The notes below the pieces were generated by a model. It saw only the letters and a program-made list of their open reading frames with translations. It did not search any database and was not told the DNA's origin. A DNA stretch of 64,000 nucleotides from Octopus vulgaris (taxonomy: Eukaryota). The translations under genes and the position numbers were made by a program. Shown piece by piece: positions 14,071 to 25,789 of the stretch (position 1 is its first letter; every line of letters starts with the position of its first letter). The stretch is taken from assembly GCA_951406725.2 (NCBI GenBank), contig OX597826.1:28954001-29018000 (forward strand). Reading direction: 5' to 3'.

Positions 14071-14685
14071 TCATATGTTGTGGTGTGTGTTAGTGCTCCA
14101 TTCTAGTTTTCTATTCAGGCTAGGTTTATTTTCTATTATGTGTGTGGCTTCTGTAATTTGTCTAATTGTTGCATCTGATCTATGTGAGGATAATATTTTA
14201 ATTTTTATGTTATTGATTGATCCCCCGTGTTCTTGTTCGGCGTGTTGGTACAGGATCGATGAGCTTTTACCTTCCTTGAGTTGTCTCCAATGCACATTTA
14301 CCCGCTCTTCTATGCTTCTTGCCGTTTCCCCTACGTATGTCGTTGTCTTGTTACTGCATCGTCCCTCTATACATCTTATACTATAGACTACATATCTGGC
14401 TTTACAGTTTGTTTGTGGGCTAAATCTACATACAGTACAGTACTTATCCGTACAGGGCGTTCTACTAAAAGGATAAGTTCTACCAATTATAGATTTGATA
14501 GGGTTACCTGGCTTTTCAACAACCTTAATTCTTAGCTTAAGTTTGTCTAGGGTCCTTGTAAAGCGATACGCCAGTTCACCTCCAGGGGTGGTGTCAACGA
14601 ACATGACACTCTGGTATTTATGGCTATCATACCAAAAGTTGGCCTTCCCTATTTTCTTTTTTGTCCTTTCTATAGTGTTCCATGA
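14071..14685 (-). pseudogene. C-terminal RT thumb + GIY-YIG endonuclease fragment of a PLE
   Basis: SVMFVDTTPGGELA..IKVVEKPG, C..C..C..NC, VVYSIRC, YVGETARSIEERVNVH, RQITEA..I....PSLN; the first ~20 aa of the track ORF come from the inverted pLTR. Confidence 0.88.
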
Positions 14686-14895
14686 CAAATTACATGAACA
14701 TATAAAATTACAAATTACATGAACATATATAAACAGAAGATACAAATATTACAGGCATCCCCCACATACACACACTAAATAAACATAAACGCACATAGAG
14801 ATATAAGCATGCGCAAATGAAGACATACAATAGAAATACAAAATGGCTGACGGTTAGTAAGGAGAGACACAAATAAGTAAGAAGAAAACAAAGGA

Positions 14896-14935
14896 CCACT
14901 GATGCGGTCACAGGAGTGTGACGAAAGAACTCTGG
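14896..14935 (+). ncRNA. Hammerhead-like motif in the inverted pLTR copy
   Basis: Identical inverted copy of 13571-13610. Confidence 0.6.
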
Positions 14936-15112
14936 CCGAAATAATATTAAGATTAATGTAAAAAATAAATAACACTGAAGCAAAGTAACACCAAATATAT
15001 AGTGCGTGTGTTTTTATTGGCTAAACTGGCAAAATGACCATTCCTAAATACAACAATATCTGTTTCAACACACGACTTCACATAAAAAATCTTGCACAAC
15101 AAATATTTAAAC

Positions 15113-15151
<39 letters not shown>

Positions 15152-15562
15152 TATATAAATATACATATAGATAGATAGATACATACATACATACATAAGT
15201 CTCTAATTATATATAAATATATAATTATAATGAAGGCTACTGGGAAAATAACCAGCATGCTAGAAATAAAAGTCAAAACGACTCTAAACCACCTAAATCG
15301 CTCATATGCACTGGTAAAGGCGAGGAAATGAGTGAAAATAGAAGATTAGCGCACCTTTTGTGAATAAAAATCACGAGTAGTAAACAGATGATAACATATC
15401 GATCGATTTCAGGCCCCGCAATAAATACTTAACCCTTCATTATAATTACATATTTAAACATAAGTATAGACATTTTAATTTTTACCTCTGCGGTTTTAAT
15501 GCATCCTAGCCACTGATATTATTATCATTATTATTTTATAATAATAATGTTATCCTTTATAT

Positions 15563-15664
<102 letters not shown>

Positions 15665-15829
15665 CATTCACATATATATACACACATGCATATATATGTA
15701 TATGCATACTTACATATATATGTTTGCATATATATATATATATTGATAGAAATGGCAAGAGACCGCGATATTATGTAAATACAGGAATTTATTTGTAACT
15801 ATAATATGTGACAATTATTCGGTAGCCAT

Positions 15830-15890
15830 GTTAAAACTCCGAGTTCCGAATGTCGGAGCGGAGACCCACGCTGGCACCTCTTCAGTTATC
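15830..15890 (-). ncRNA. Inverted, diverged copy of the 15928-15987 hammerhead (GAAA to GGAA)
   Basis: Minus strand reads GATAACTGAAGAGGTG...CATTCGGAACTCGGAGTTTTAAC. Confidence 0.65.
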
Positions 15891-15927
15891 GGACCATTGA
15901 TAAGGATAGCATCTTTTTCGATGGCCC

Positions 15928-15987
15928 GATAACTGAAGAGATGCCGGCGTGGTTTCCGCCCCGACATCCGAAACTCGGAGTATTATC
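15928..15987 (+). ncRNA. Type I hammerhead ribozyme with canonical core
   Basis: GATAA-CTGAAGA-GATG...CATC-C-GAAA-CTCGGAG-TA-TTATC: 5-bp stem I, stem II GATG/CATC, quasi-palindromic stem III, GUA cleavage triplet. Confidence 0.8.
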
Positions 15988-16022
15988 ATGGCTACCGAAT
16001 AATTGTCGCATATTATATTTAC

Positions 16023-16061
<39 letters not shown>

Positions 16062-16694
16062 ACCATACATCATACATACTATACATACATAGTTAAATAA
16101 GACTCGGGTAAGCACTTTGTAAAATGCTATGCAAAGCTCGTCCAGTTATTGGCTACCTGATGTCATCATGCAGTGAAAATGCACATGCTACTGTATATAC
16201 CTCAAGAATCGCATAGTATCCATTAAGTTTATATAAAACAGATAAAGGATAGAAAATGGAACGAACATTCTTTATCTAAAATCACTACAATTACCTCCAA
16301 CACGTTTTTACCCATTCGTATGTTGTTGTGTAATCATTATCATCCATCGAAGTTGTAAAATAAGTCTTTCATTGGATCCCCTCGTCGTCATTTCACTCAG
16401 TTTGATAATGTATACCCAGAGTGATGTGTCGTTGCCAGCAGTTTGCAGACACAACTAAACCCATAGATACAGTAACAGAGAAAATACAATTATAATTGAA
16501 ATACAAAATACAGAAATAAAGAGACAGAAGAAAAGAAAAAAGGTCAGTGTTCACAACAGATTACCGTTTTGTCTTAATGGTCAGATTATAAGGAAGAAAG
16601 TTCTAAAGAGACTGAGGAATAAAATGAAGAATAAAATCAAGCATTTATGTGTGTGCATGTGCGTGTGTACGTATACATGCGTGTGTGTGTGAGA

Positions 16695-16811
16695 GTGTGT
16701 GTACGTACATTTATAAATATATATATATACACTCAGTGAGAGGCATAAATATATATGTGTTAAGTGTGTGTGAGTGAGTGTGTGTGTACGTACGTATGTA
16801 TATATATATAT

Positions 16812-16868
<57 letters not shown>

Positions 16869-17023
16869 CATATAGATATGTGTGTGAGTGTGTGTGAGTG
16901 TGTGAGTGTGTGTACGTACATTTATAAATATATATATATACACTCAGTGAGAGGCATAAATATATATGTGTTAAGTGTGTGTGAGTGAGTGTGTGTGTAC
17001 GTACGTATGTATATATGTATATA

Positions 17024-17093
<70 letters not shown>

Positions 17094-17130
17094 GATATGT
17101 GTGTGAGTGTGTGTGAGTGTGTGAGTGTGT
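16695..17130. repeat. Tandem duplication of a ~215-bp composite microsatellite unit
   Basis: CACTCAGTGAGAGGCATAAATATATATGTGTTAAG at about 16730 and 16941. Confidence 0.88.
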
Positions 17131-17282
17131 GTTTGTCTGTATGTTTGTGTGGATATATATCAAAGGTTAATATAAACAGCTAAGCACAATAAAATACCAT
17201 ACAGGAAATATTCTATCATCACTAATTGTGACTGAGGCTGCCGGAGCGCCCATACTGCAAGAAATAAGAGTTAGAAGCGCGT

Positions 17283-17338
<56 letters not shown>

Positions 17339-17383
17339 TGAAAGGAGAGATAACCGCCCCATGAGCACCTCTAGGATCACTAA

Positions 17384-17425
17384 ACTAGACTAGTTTTGCC
17401 TATCACTCGTAGACTCGTCAGTAGT
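17384..17425 (-). ncRNA. Hammerhead-like motif (G12A damaged)
   Basis: Minus strand ACTA-CTGACGA-GTCTA cgagtga TAGGC-AAAA-CTAG-TC-TAGT; palindromic ACTAGT stem III. Confidence 0.62.
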
Positions 17426-17471
17426 GACTACTCAGACGCTTGATACTGTAGCTAAATCTGGCTGTCAGTGT

Positions 17472-17714
17472 TCTTTTATTCTTTTATTCTTTTACTTGTT
17501 TCAGTCATTTGACTGCGGCCATGCCGGAGCACCGCCTTTAGTCGAGCAAATCGTCACCAAGTCATATTCTTTGTAAGCCTAGTACTTATTCTATCGTTCT
17601 CTCTTGCTAAACCTCTAAGTCACGGGGACGTAAACACACCAGCAACGGTTGTCAAGCGATGATGTGGGGAATGTGGGGGACAAACACACACACACATATA
17701 TATATGTATGTATG

Positions 17715-17771
<57 letters not shown>

Positions 17772-17918
17772 TTATTTATATATATATATATATCATATTA
17801 TAGTTTATATATATGTATATATATACGACTGGCTTCTTTCAGCTTCCGTTGCTAAATCCACTCAGATAGCATTGGTCAGGCCAAGGTTAAAGTAATAGAC
17901 ACTCGTCTAAGGTGTCAC
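17472..17918 (-). mobile_element. SINE family A, head truncated
   Basis: Colinear with 46941-47285. Confidence 0.82.
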
Positions 17919-18233
17919 TAATTTTGACTGACTTAAAAACGCTTAATGCTGTAAGAAGCGTGCAACATATACACACTGACAGAGGAAATATATACTACCA
18001 CACACACACACACATGCTACCATACACACACACGCTATCATACAAATAAATGCCACTGCGCACACACTCACGCATAGACACAGATACCAATCATTCTTCA
18101 CACTCTTCTGTCCCAGAAAGCACTTTCTCTTTGTCCATCTACTTCCGGTCATTCCAAAATGGAACTAAACGTGGACTGTTGGTGATCGCTTTTCCCTCCT
18201 TCATCCTTTTCTTTTGGACTTTCCTATGTCTCC

Positions 18234-18270
18234 TGTTTCCGAAGAAGAGCTTTGCTCGAAACGTAAAACA
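18234..18270 (+). ncRNA. Hammerhead-like motif in a solo pLTR-like unit (~18130-18370)
   Basis: TGTTT-CCGAAGA-A-GAGC ttt GCTC-GAAA-CG-TA-AAACA; the downstream CTGAGCGTC..TAATAC resembles the pLTR at 5246-5262. Confidence 0.62.
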
Positions 18271-18391
18271 ACCACTCTTTTCCTTCTCTGAGCGTCTTAA
18301 TACTTTGCATGTACCACGTACTCGAGTTGTTGTTTTTATCTTAGTGTCTTTTTCTCCATTTTTTATTAATTATACACACTCACACACATAT

Positions 18392-18765
18392 ACCGAATTT
18401 TAACGTGTATAAGGAACCCCCTAATTTGGGGGGCTTAAAATTTTGAAAAAAGGTTTTGTAATGGATTATGATACTATTCATGTATATGAAACTCCCATAT
18501 TTTTTTTACCTAATTTTTTTACTAATAAGGGTTCCTTATGCCCTTATATACGTTAAAATATGGTATAAATAAAAGTTGAACGACATAGCAAAAATCATAT
18601 CCCGAACCCAGGAAGTTTATGCAAACGCTCCAAGACACCCAGAAATTCTTGTGCGTGAATTTGTTTCGAGTAGATAAAGGGTTGCACAGCATTGAACATG
18701 CAGTGGCACAACGGGGCTGAAACGACCAGAAACGAACTGCACTTCAGAGTTTCTTATACACGTTT
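18392..18765 (+). mobile_element. Tc2/pogo-like remnant with short inverted repeat
   Basis: Starts TA-CCGAATTTTAACGTGTATAAG; AACGTGTATAAGGAAC is inverted at about 18749-18764. Confidence 0.4.
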
Positions 18766-19047
18766 GATTTCTAGATTGAAATTCTAAGGAGAACTAGGGG
18801 TTCTTCACTCCCAGTGGTTCACATAGCTGGGACCCTGACAGCTAGAGTTAGACCTGACAACAATAGTGGCTAAGAAATAACTCCACATTCCTTAGAACAC
18901 TGGAACTCCTGAAGCGAGGCTCTACTGCGAGATGCTGTTTAAAGTCATATACAGCACACACACATACACGCACAAACACAGGGATACATATCGAGAGACA
19001 GTGAAATTTATATATATATACATACATATATATATATATATATATAC

Positions 19048-19240
19048 ACGCTGGATAAAATGCTTAGCGGCATTTCGTCTGTCTTTACATTCTGAGTTCA
19101 AACTCGGCCGAGGTCGACTTTGCCTTCCATCCTTTCGGGGTCGATAAATTAAGTACCAGTGCAGCACTGGGGTCGATGTCATCGACACTAGTCCCCTTCC
19201 CCAAAATTTCAGGCCTTGTGCCTCGCCTCTAGTAGAAAGG
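19048..19240 (+). mobile_element. SINE family B
   Basis: GAGTTCAAACTCGGCCGAGGTCGACTTTGCCTTCCATCCTTTCGGGGTCG. Confidence 0.82.
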
Positions 19241-20437
19241 ATATATATGTATATATAGATATACATATACATATATTCATATATATATATGTATCTATGT
19301 ATGTAATGTATGTGTATATATATATGGAGAGAACGAAAGAATGAAGGAAAGAAAGGAAACGAGAAAGAAAGAACCATATAGGTCGGGAGTGATTCTATTA
19401 CTTATAGTGAAATGACTTCAAATCATTCTCCTCCTCCTCCTCCTCCTCCTTCACCTGCTTCTTTCTTCTTCCCTCTTACAATGGACCGACGGCTTGAACT
19501 CATCAATTAATTGTAGTAAGATCGTTACATGAAGTAAGTAATGGTTGCATTCAATGTTCAGAGGGCATAAAACATGGCGGCAGTGGGGGTGGAGGTGGGT
19601 AGTTATGTGGGAGCGTGCAGGCAGAAGGGGATGAGGAGAAGGAGTAGGAAGGCGAAGGACGGTGGGAAGGAGCTGGAGGGTGAGGAGGAAGAGGAGAAAA
19701 AGATGAAAATGACGAAGAGATGATGATGATGATGATGCGGGTGGTGGTGGTGGTGGTGGTGGTGGTGGTGATTCTGGTGGTGTGGTGGTGGTGGCGGCGG
19801 CGGTGGTGGTGTTTGAGAAAGAAGGATGAGAAGAAGATGGAGGAGGAGGAGGAGTGAAAACAAGAGGAGAAAAAAGGGAAATGAAGGAAAATGGGGACAA
19901 TATAGCAATTTGTGCTAATTTAAACATTTAAACCTGAGTAAATTAGCCAATTACCCAATAGCATCAATTTAGTTAATCTCTGATACGTAGCGGTGGCGGT
20001 AAATTGGTATGTTAAATCATGTTACTCTCCGCCGCCATATTGCTAGATGACAAGATAAAGCAGATAAGGCAACTTGCTCACTGAATGACTTTGGGAAACG
20101 TAATCGAGTAAAGCGAAACGCCGCCATCATCATCATCATCATCATCGTCAACGTATTCATCATCGTCGTCATCTTCGTGGTGCTGATCGTGGTAGTCGTG
20201 GTGGTCGTGGTATTCACCACTCGCACACAATGCGTGCAAAAGCGGTAATGAAATGACTAAACGTATATATATATATTGAGTTCACGGCGTTGCATGTCTG
20301 TGTGTGCATGCGTGTGTGTGTATGTGTGTGTGTGTGTGTGCATATGTGTGTTTGTCGGTCTATATATACATGTATGTATGCATGTGTGTGTGTGTATATA
20401 TATGCATATATATATATATGCATATATATATACATAC

Positions 20438-20472
<35 letters not shown>

Positions 20473-20492
20473 TGTATGTATGTATGTATGTG

Positions 20493-20568
<76 letters not shown>

Positions 20569-20572
<4 letters not shown>

Positions 20573-20810
20573 AGCGAGAATGAAGCAACAAGAATGGATA
20601 GGTTTTTAGTACAATCGTTTCATACAAGGACAGGTTTTATTAAAAGTTGCAAAAATTACAGCATATAAACGTGTCCCGTACTCATCAGTACTGATGAGTA
20701 CGGGACACGTTTATATGCTGTAATTTTTGCAACTTTTAATAAAACCTGTCCTTGTATGAAACGATTGTACTAAAGACCTATCCATTCTTGTTGCTTCATT
20801 CTCGCTTATA
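20569..20810. repeat. 242-bp spacerless palindrome
   Basis: Arms mirror around CTCATCAGT|ACTGATGAG with one visible mismatch. Confidence 0.95.
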
Positions 20811-20917
20811 ATCACCCCACATTACTGTATTGTTAAATCAGTATAGTTTTTTTTGGTGCATCTAAGTTAGGTACCATATTCAAGTAAATTCATTTAAATT
20901 AACTTGAATCTTTATTG

Positions 20918-20976
<59 letters not shown>

Positions 20977-21119
20977 TAATTGACAACGAAGAGGTGATTG
21001 GAGATTAATTCACATCCAAAACTTTTTATTAAAAAGTTTTCTACACCATATATATAACAATGACTATGTATGTGTGTGTGTCTGTGTGTGTGTGTACGTA
21101 TATACATATGAGTATATAG

Positions 21120-21216
<97 letters not shown>

Positions 21217-21499
21217 TAATAGAGGTGAGTGAGAGATGGAGAGAAAGAGGAGTTGCAGGAATGGTCGAGTGGTCAAGAATTTTGCTTCGCTCCGTTTTCA
21301 ATCCTACCGTACAGCAATTGAACAAATGTCTTCACCATAATTTCAAACGATCTCCAACTTAGGGAGTAAAAAAACTGTGCCGATGGAAACTGTGTGGATG
21401 TCCGTCGTGCATTTACTTCTACCAATTCTAAATGAGAATCACGTTAATGTTATGCATGTCTGTGGAATACTCAGCCACTTACACGCAAATTATTAGCTT

Positions 21500-22150
21500 A
21501 TGCAAGTGCGGTCAGTTGAAAACCCCTACAAAGCGAATACCTGGAATTTTCAGGGGTCATCAGGAGAAAATACACACCATTTCGAGGCCTTCCTCCAAAC
21601 GCTTTCACACCGCACCGGCGTCCCTCGTTGATCTGAGCCTGTACGTAATGGTTTGAGTGATTAGTATTCGATCTCAAGTCCATTGGGGATCAGACCTCTG
21701 CAGCCAGGTTTCATCATTCCGTTACAGCTATATCCAGTAGTTGGCTCTTTCAACTGCCCCCTGTGTCTCCTTCAAGATGTCGCATACTTGACGATGGCTG
21801 ACGCCAACAGATAGCTGCCGTCGTCTCAGTCTGGTTCCAGTAAAAATCCTTGCATCCAACTTCTGTAGAAAAGTACACTGCCAACAGTTTTCTATGTAAA
21901 CTTCTTGTATCATCTCACAACGCTCGTCTTTCCAAATCTGAACTACATCAATATTGTCTTCGCGAGGCACAGTTAATTCAAGAACGTGTACTATCATACC
22001 TTCATTATACCAAACTGCCGTATAGTCTTCCCAGTTGGTATTGGATAAATGCGTTCACATCCTACAATATTTGCTGCCACCATTTGCTGTCATCCTTCTA
22101 CGGTTTCGGGCTACCATTGATCGTTCCATCTACTTACAGAACATTTTGAG
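21500..22150 (-). mobile_element. 3' remnant of a HERO-like RLE non-LTR retrotransposon
   Basis: VLELTVPREDN..K..RCE..W, EVGCK in an adjacent frame, and ERANYWI resemble the C-terminal restriction-like endonuclease (ELTVPWE / EVGxRG / ExASxW). Confidence 0.7.
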
Positions 22151-22490
22151 AACTTCATTGCGTTCCTGATTACAACTTCCAATGCAATTGAGTAGTGCCA
22201 GTGGAGAAGACACCTCAACCCTCTTCTCAAAGCTCGTTTCTCCAACGCTCACCACTTCACCTCGTTATGGCTTAACTGCCCTTACCGTTTATTTTTACTG
22301 TTTTGTTCTCACTGTCCTGTTTTTGTCACCATTTTAACACTCCGCGAATCCCAGATTTTTTCAAATTTGCTTTCCATGTTTTTGTTTTTTATGTTCGCGT
22401 TTCTCATTTTGTTCACTTTTTTTGACATCTTGTACCCATATATGCATGTATATATACATATGTATCTAGTTGTGCACATATATGTAAGTA

Positions 22491-23767
22491 CGAGGGACGT
22501 TCAATAAGTAATGCCCCTGACCCACTTGCAGTTGTTTGATCTAGCTGAAATTTTGCATGTGTAATTATTTATATCTCTATAGATTAAGTGGCGAAGTAAT
22601 TGTGGTTTCTGATTTACAGGTGTTTGAACTGAGTCAAGTGTGAAATGGAGCCTGTTGAGTGTCGATCAGTGATCCGGTTTTTGTATTTGAAAGGACGTAC
22701 ACCACGGGAGTCTTTTGGTGAAATGAAAGTAACTTATGGTGATGATGCCCCATCATATGAACCTTAAAACGCTGGCATCGTGAATTCAAACATGGTCGGA
22801 ACTCTGTGGAAACAGCTCCCATATCTGGTCGCCCCACTTCTGCCATTGATGAGGCATCTGTCCGTCAAGTTGAGGCTGCCATTTTGCAAGATCGACGCGT
22901 AACTATTCGCAAAATAGCCCATGAGGTCAAGATTAGTACCAGGTCTATGGAAACTATCATTCACGACCATTTGCATATGTAAAAGGTGTCTGCCAGATGG
23001 ATTCCCAGGTTGCTCACACCTTTCCAGAAGCAAGAACGCGTCGAGTGCTCGAGGATGAATTTGGAGATGTGCCAAGAAGATGAGTCAAAATTTTTCAAAA
23101 GACTGATTACACAGGTTGAAACCTTGGTCCATCACTATGATCCAGAGACCAAAGCTTAGTCAATGCAGTGGAAGAACCGTGACTCACCTCCTCCAAAGAA
23201 GGCAAGGGTGCAGCCCTCCGCTGGCAAGGTCATGCTCACAGTCTTCTGGGACCAGGACGGAGTAGTGATGACAGATTTCCTGGCAAAGGGTACCACAATT
23301 ACAGGAGCCTATTATGCTTCACTTTTGAGGAAATTAAGAGAAGCTATCAAAATCAAGAGGCGGAGCAAGATCAGCAAAGGCATCCTCCTCCTGCAGGACA
23401 ACGCTCCGGTCCACAACTCGCCTGTCGCCAGATCAGAAGCACAGGCGTGCGGCTATGAACTCCTCCCCATCCCCCTACTCTCCTAACCTTGCACCCTCTG
23501 GTTTTCACCTCTTCCCAGCCATGAAGTTGTTTTTGAAAGGAAAGCGTTTCCCAGATGATGCAGCCTTGATTTCTGAAATCACGTCGTGGTTGGAGGACCA
23601 AGCTGGGGTCTTCTACAAAAACGGTCTCCAGAGCTGCATCAAACGATGGGAGAAATGCGTAACTCTGGGTGGTTCCTCTGTAGAAAAAGACTAATAACTG
23701 TGCCAAGTTTCGTTGCTCTACTGCAATGGGAAGTGGGTCAGGGGCATTACTTATTGAACGCCCCTCG
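22491..23767 (+). mobile_element. Full-length inactive mariner DNA transposon (about 1.28 kb)
   Basis: TIRs CGAGGGACGTTCAATAAGTAATGCCCCTGACCCACTT / AAGTGGGTCAGGGGCATTACTTATTGAACGCCCCTCG, flanked by TA on both sides. Confidence 0.95.
22645..23694 (+). pseudogene. Mariner transposase pseudogene (stops, frameshifts, catalytic Asp substitutions)
   Basis: MEPVECRSVIRFL.., WIPRLLT, ITQVET (expected D), KVMLTVFWD, LLQDNAPVH, PYSPNLAPSGFHLF (expected D), RWEKCV. Confidence 0.92.
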
Positions 23768-23845
23768 TATATATGCATTTATATATTATATATGCTATTA
23801 TGTATGTTTGTATGTATGTATGTATGTATGCATGAATGTGTGTAT

Positions 23846-23890
<45 letters not shown>

Positions 23891-23974
23891 ATATATATGT
23901 GTGTGTCCTCATTAGAGATTATATAATCCAAGGTATTCCACTAGTTTATTCTCCATTTTCTTCTTGTTTTTATA

Positions 23975-24014
<40 letters not shown>

Positions 24015-24422
24015 CATACATACATACATACATACATACATACATACATACATACATACATACATACATACGTATGTACGTATATATATATATATATTGA
24101 AATATGTGTTAGAAGCAGCTCGAGGAATACAAACAATATCGAACACACATACACGAGGTATATGTTTTGCCTGTTCGTGGGTAGGCTGCGACGTATAGGC
24201 GTAAGAGAATATATTCTCATGAACTCACCTGGTGTTAAAAATTCTGGAAGTTATAGACAAGCGAGATAACTCACATTGAGACCCTTTGAGGGACCTGATG
24301 TGAGTTATCTCGCATTATGTATCTATGATTTCCATGTGTTTTATCTATATATACATTTACACACACATACACACACACACACACACATACACACACATAT
24401 ATATATATATATATATATTATG

Positions 24423-24455
<33 letters not shown>

Positions 24456-24799
24456 ATATTATGTATATATATATATATAATTTAGGGTATCTATGAGATA
24501 CCGCGCCATGCTCAAAATAGTAACCAAAATCTGACTATAAAACCACATTAAATGTTCACACAGCACAAGGAGAGAAGATAAAAAGACAAAATAAAACTAG
24601 CAAAAAATTACTGGATTATTCCAGATTCTGGATTTCTGGCTTTGCATTTAGAAATGCTTTGCCTCATCTCGTAGATACCCTAAATTATAATTTTAATAAT
24701 AATTATTACATTTGAAGGTTTTTATTTCCATGCTGGCCTCTTGATAAGATCGTTATTTAATTTAAATTAACTATCTTATCCTTATACATATATATATAT

Positions 24800-24963
24800 A
24801 CGACGGGCTTCTTTCAATTTCGTCTGCCAAATCCTCTCACAAGTCTTTGATCGACCCAAAGCTATAGTAGCAAACACTTGCCTAAAGTATCACGCAGTGG
24901 GACTGAACCAGGAACCATGTGATCGGGAAGCAAGCTTATTATCACAAAGCCACGCCTGCACCT
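24800..24963 (-). mobile_element. SINE family A, 5' part
   Basis: Matches 47190-47355. Confidence 0.78.
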
Positions 24964-25578
24964 CATCATTTTGTTAAAAGAAAGTAAGGTGTTGTTTGAA
25001 GAAGGTTTAGCTGTTATATCCAGCATGCGGAGCTACCACACAGAATTCCTTCCGCTCGTCGGTGAAAGTTGTATTCTATCTTAGCGCCATCTTTGACGTA
25101 GTTTTTACTTCGCCACCATCTTTGATTTTCTACCATTTATAAATAGATGCCTGTGAATCAAGGATGTTTGTAAGATAAAACTGAAAATTAATCAACCAAT
25201 TAACGAAAGGGAAGTCATAACGGTCAAAGGAAAGACTTAGAGCGAAGCATATTGTATATATATTTTTTTTATATTTCGATTTTCTTTGTTTATTTTGTTG
25301 TTGTTGTTGTTTACGATGAATTTTCAGAACAAACAGCAGACCACAAGAACGATATCCTGAGGGAATGTAACTCACCGACAACCGTGACAGAGCTTGACAC
25401 CGAAATTTACAACTTAATTATACGTTTCTGTCAGAAATCGAACAACGAAAACAGAAAAGAATACGAACATAAGCTAACAACAACAACAACAATAATAATA
25501 AAACTAATAATGATAATAAACATGATGATGATGATGATGATGATGATGATAATGATGATGATGATGATACAAAAGATG

Positions 25579-25618
<40 letters not shown>

Positions 25619-25619
25619 A

Positions 25620-25686
<67 letters not shown>

Positions 25687-25789
25687 GTAGTAGTAGTAGT
25701 AGTAGTAGTAGTATAGCGTTAAAAGATTTAATTAAAAATGCTGTGTCCTCTGACACATAAATTCATTAACTAAGATATACTCTGTTGCA

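Larger units (their letters stand above)
13449..15058 (-). mobile_element. Second Penelope-like element (Naiad-like), 5'-truncated, with an inverted pLTR copy at the truncation point
   Basis: GIY-YIG coding fragment 14071-14685; about 13449-13768 is the inverted repeat of about 14686-15058; (TA)n at the left end; hammerhead in both pLTR copies; clade call tentative. Confidence 0.85.
15791..16027. repeat. Diverged inverted repeat, ~105-bp arms, ~20-bp spacer
   Basis: ATAATATGTGACAATTATTCGGTAGCCATG / CATGGCTACCGAATAATTGTCGCATATTAT. Confidence 0.92.

Noticed and set aside
16100-16460. Possible mariner remnant
   Set aside because: Too degenerate to call
21545-21592. GAAA...CTGATGA on the minus strand in the HERO-like 3' UTR
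   Set aside because: No consistent hammerhead stems
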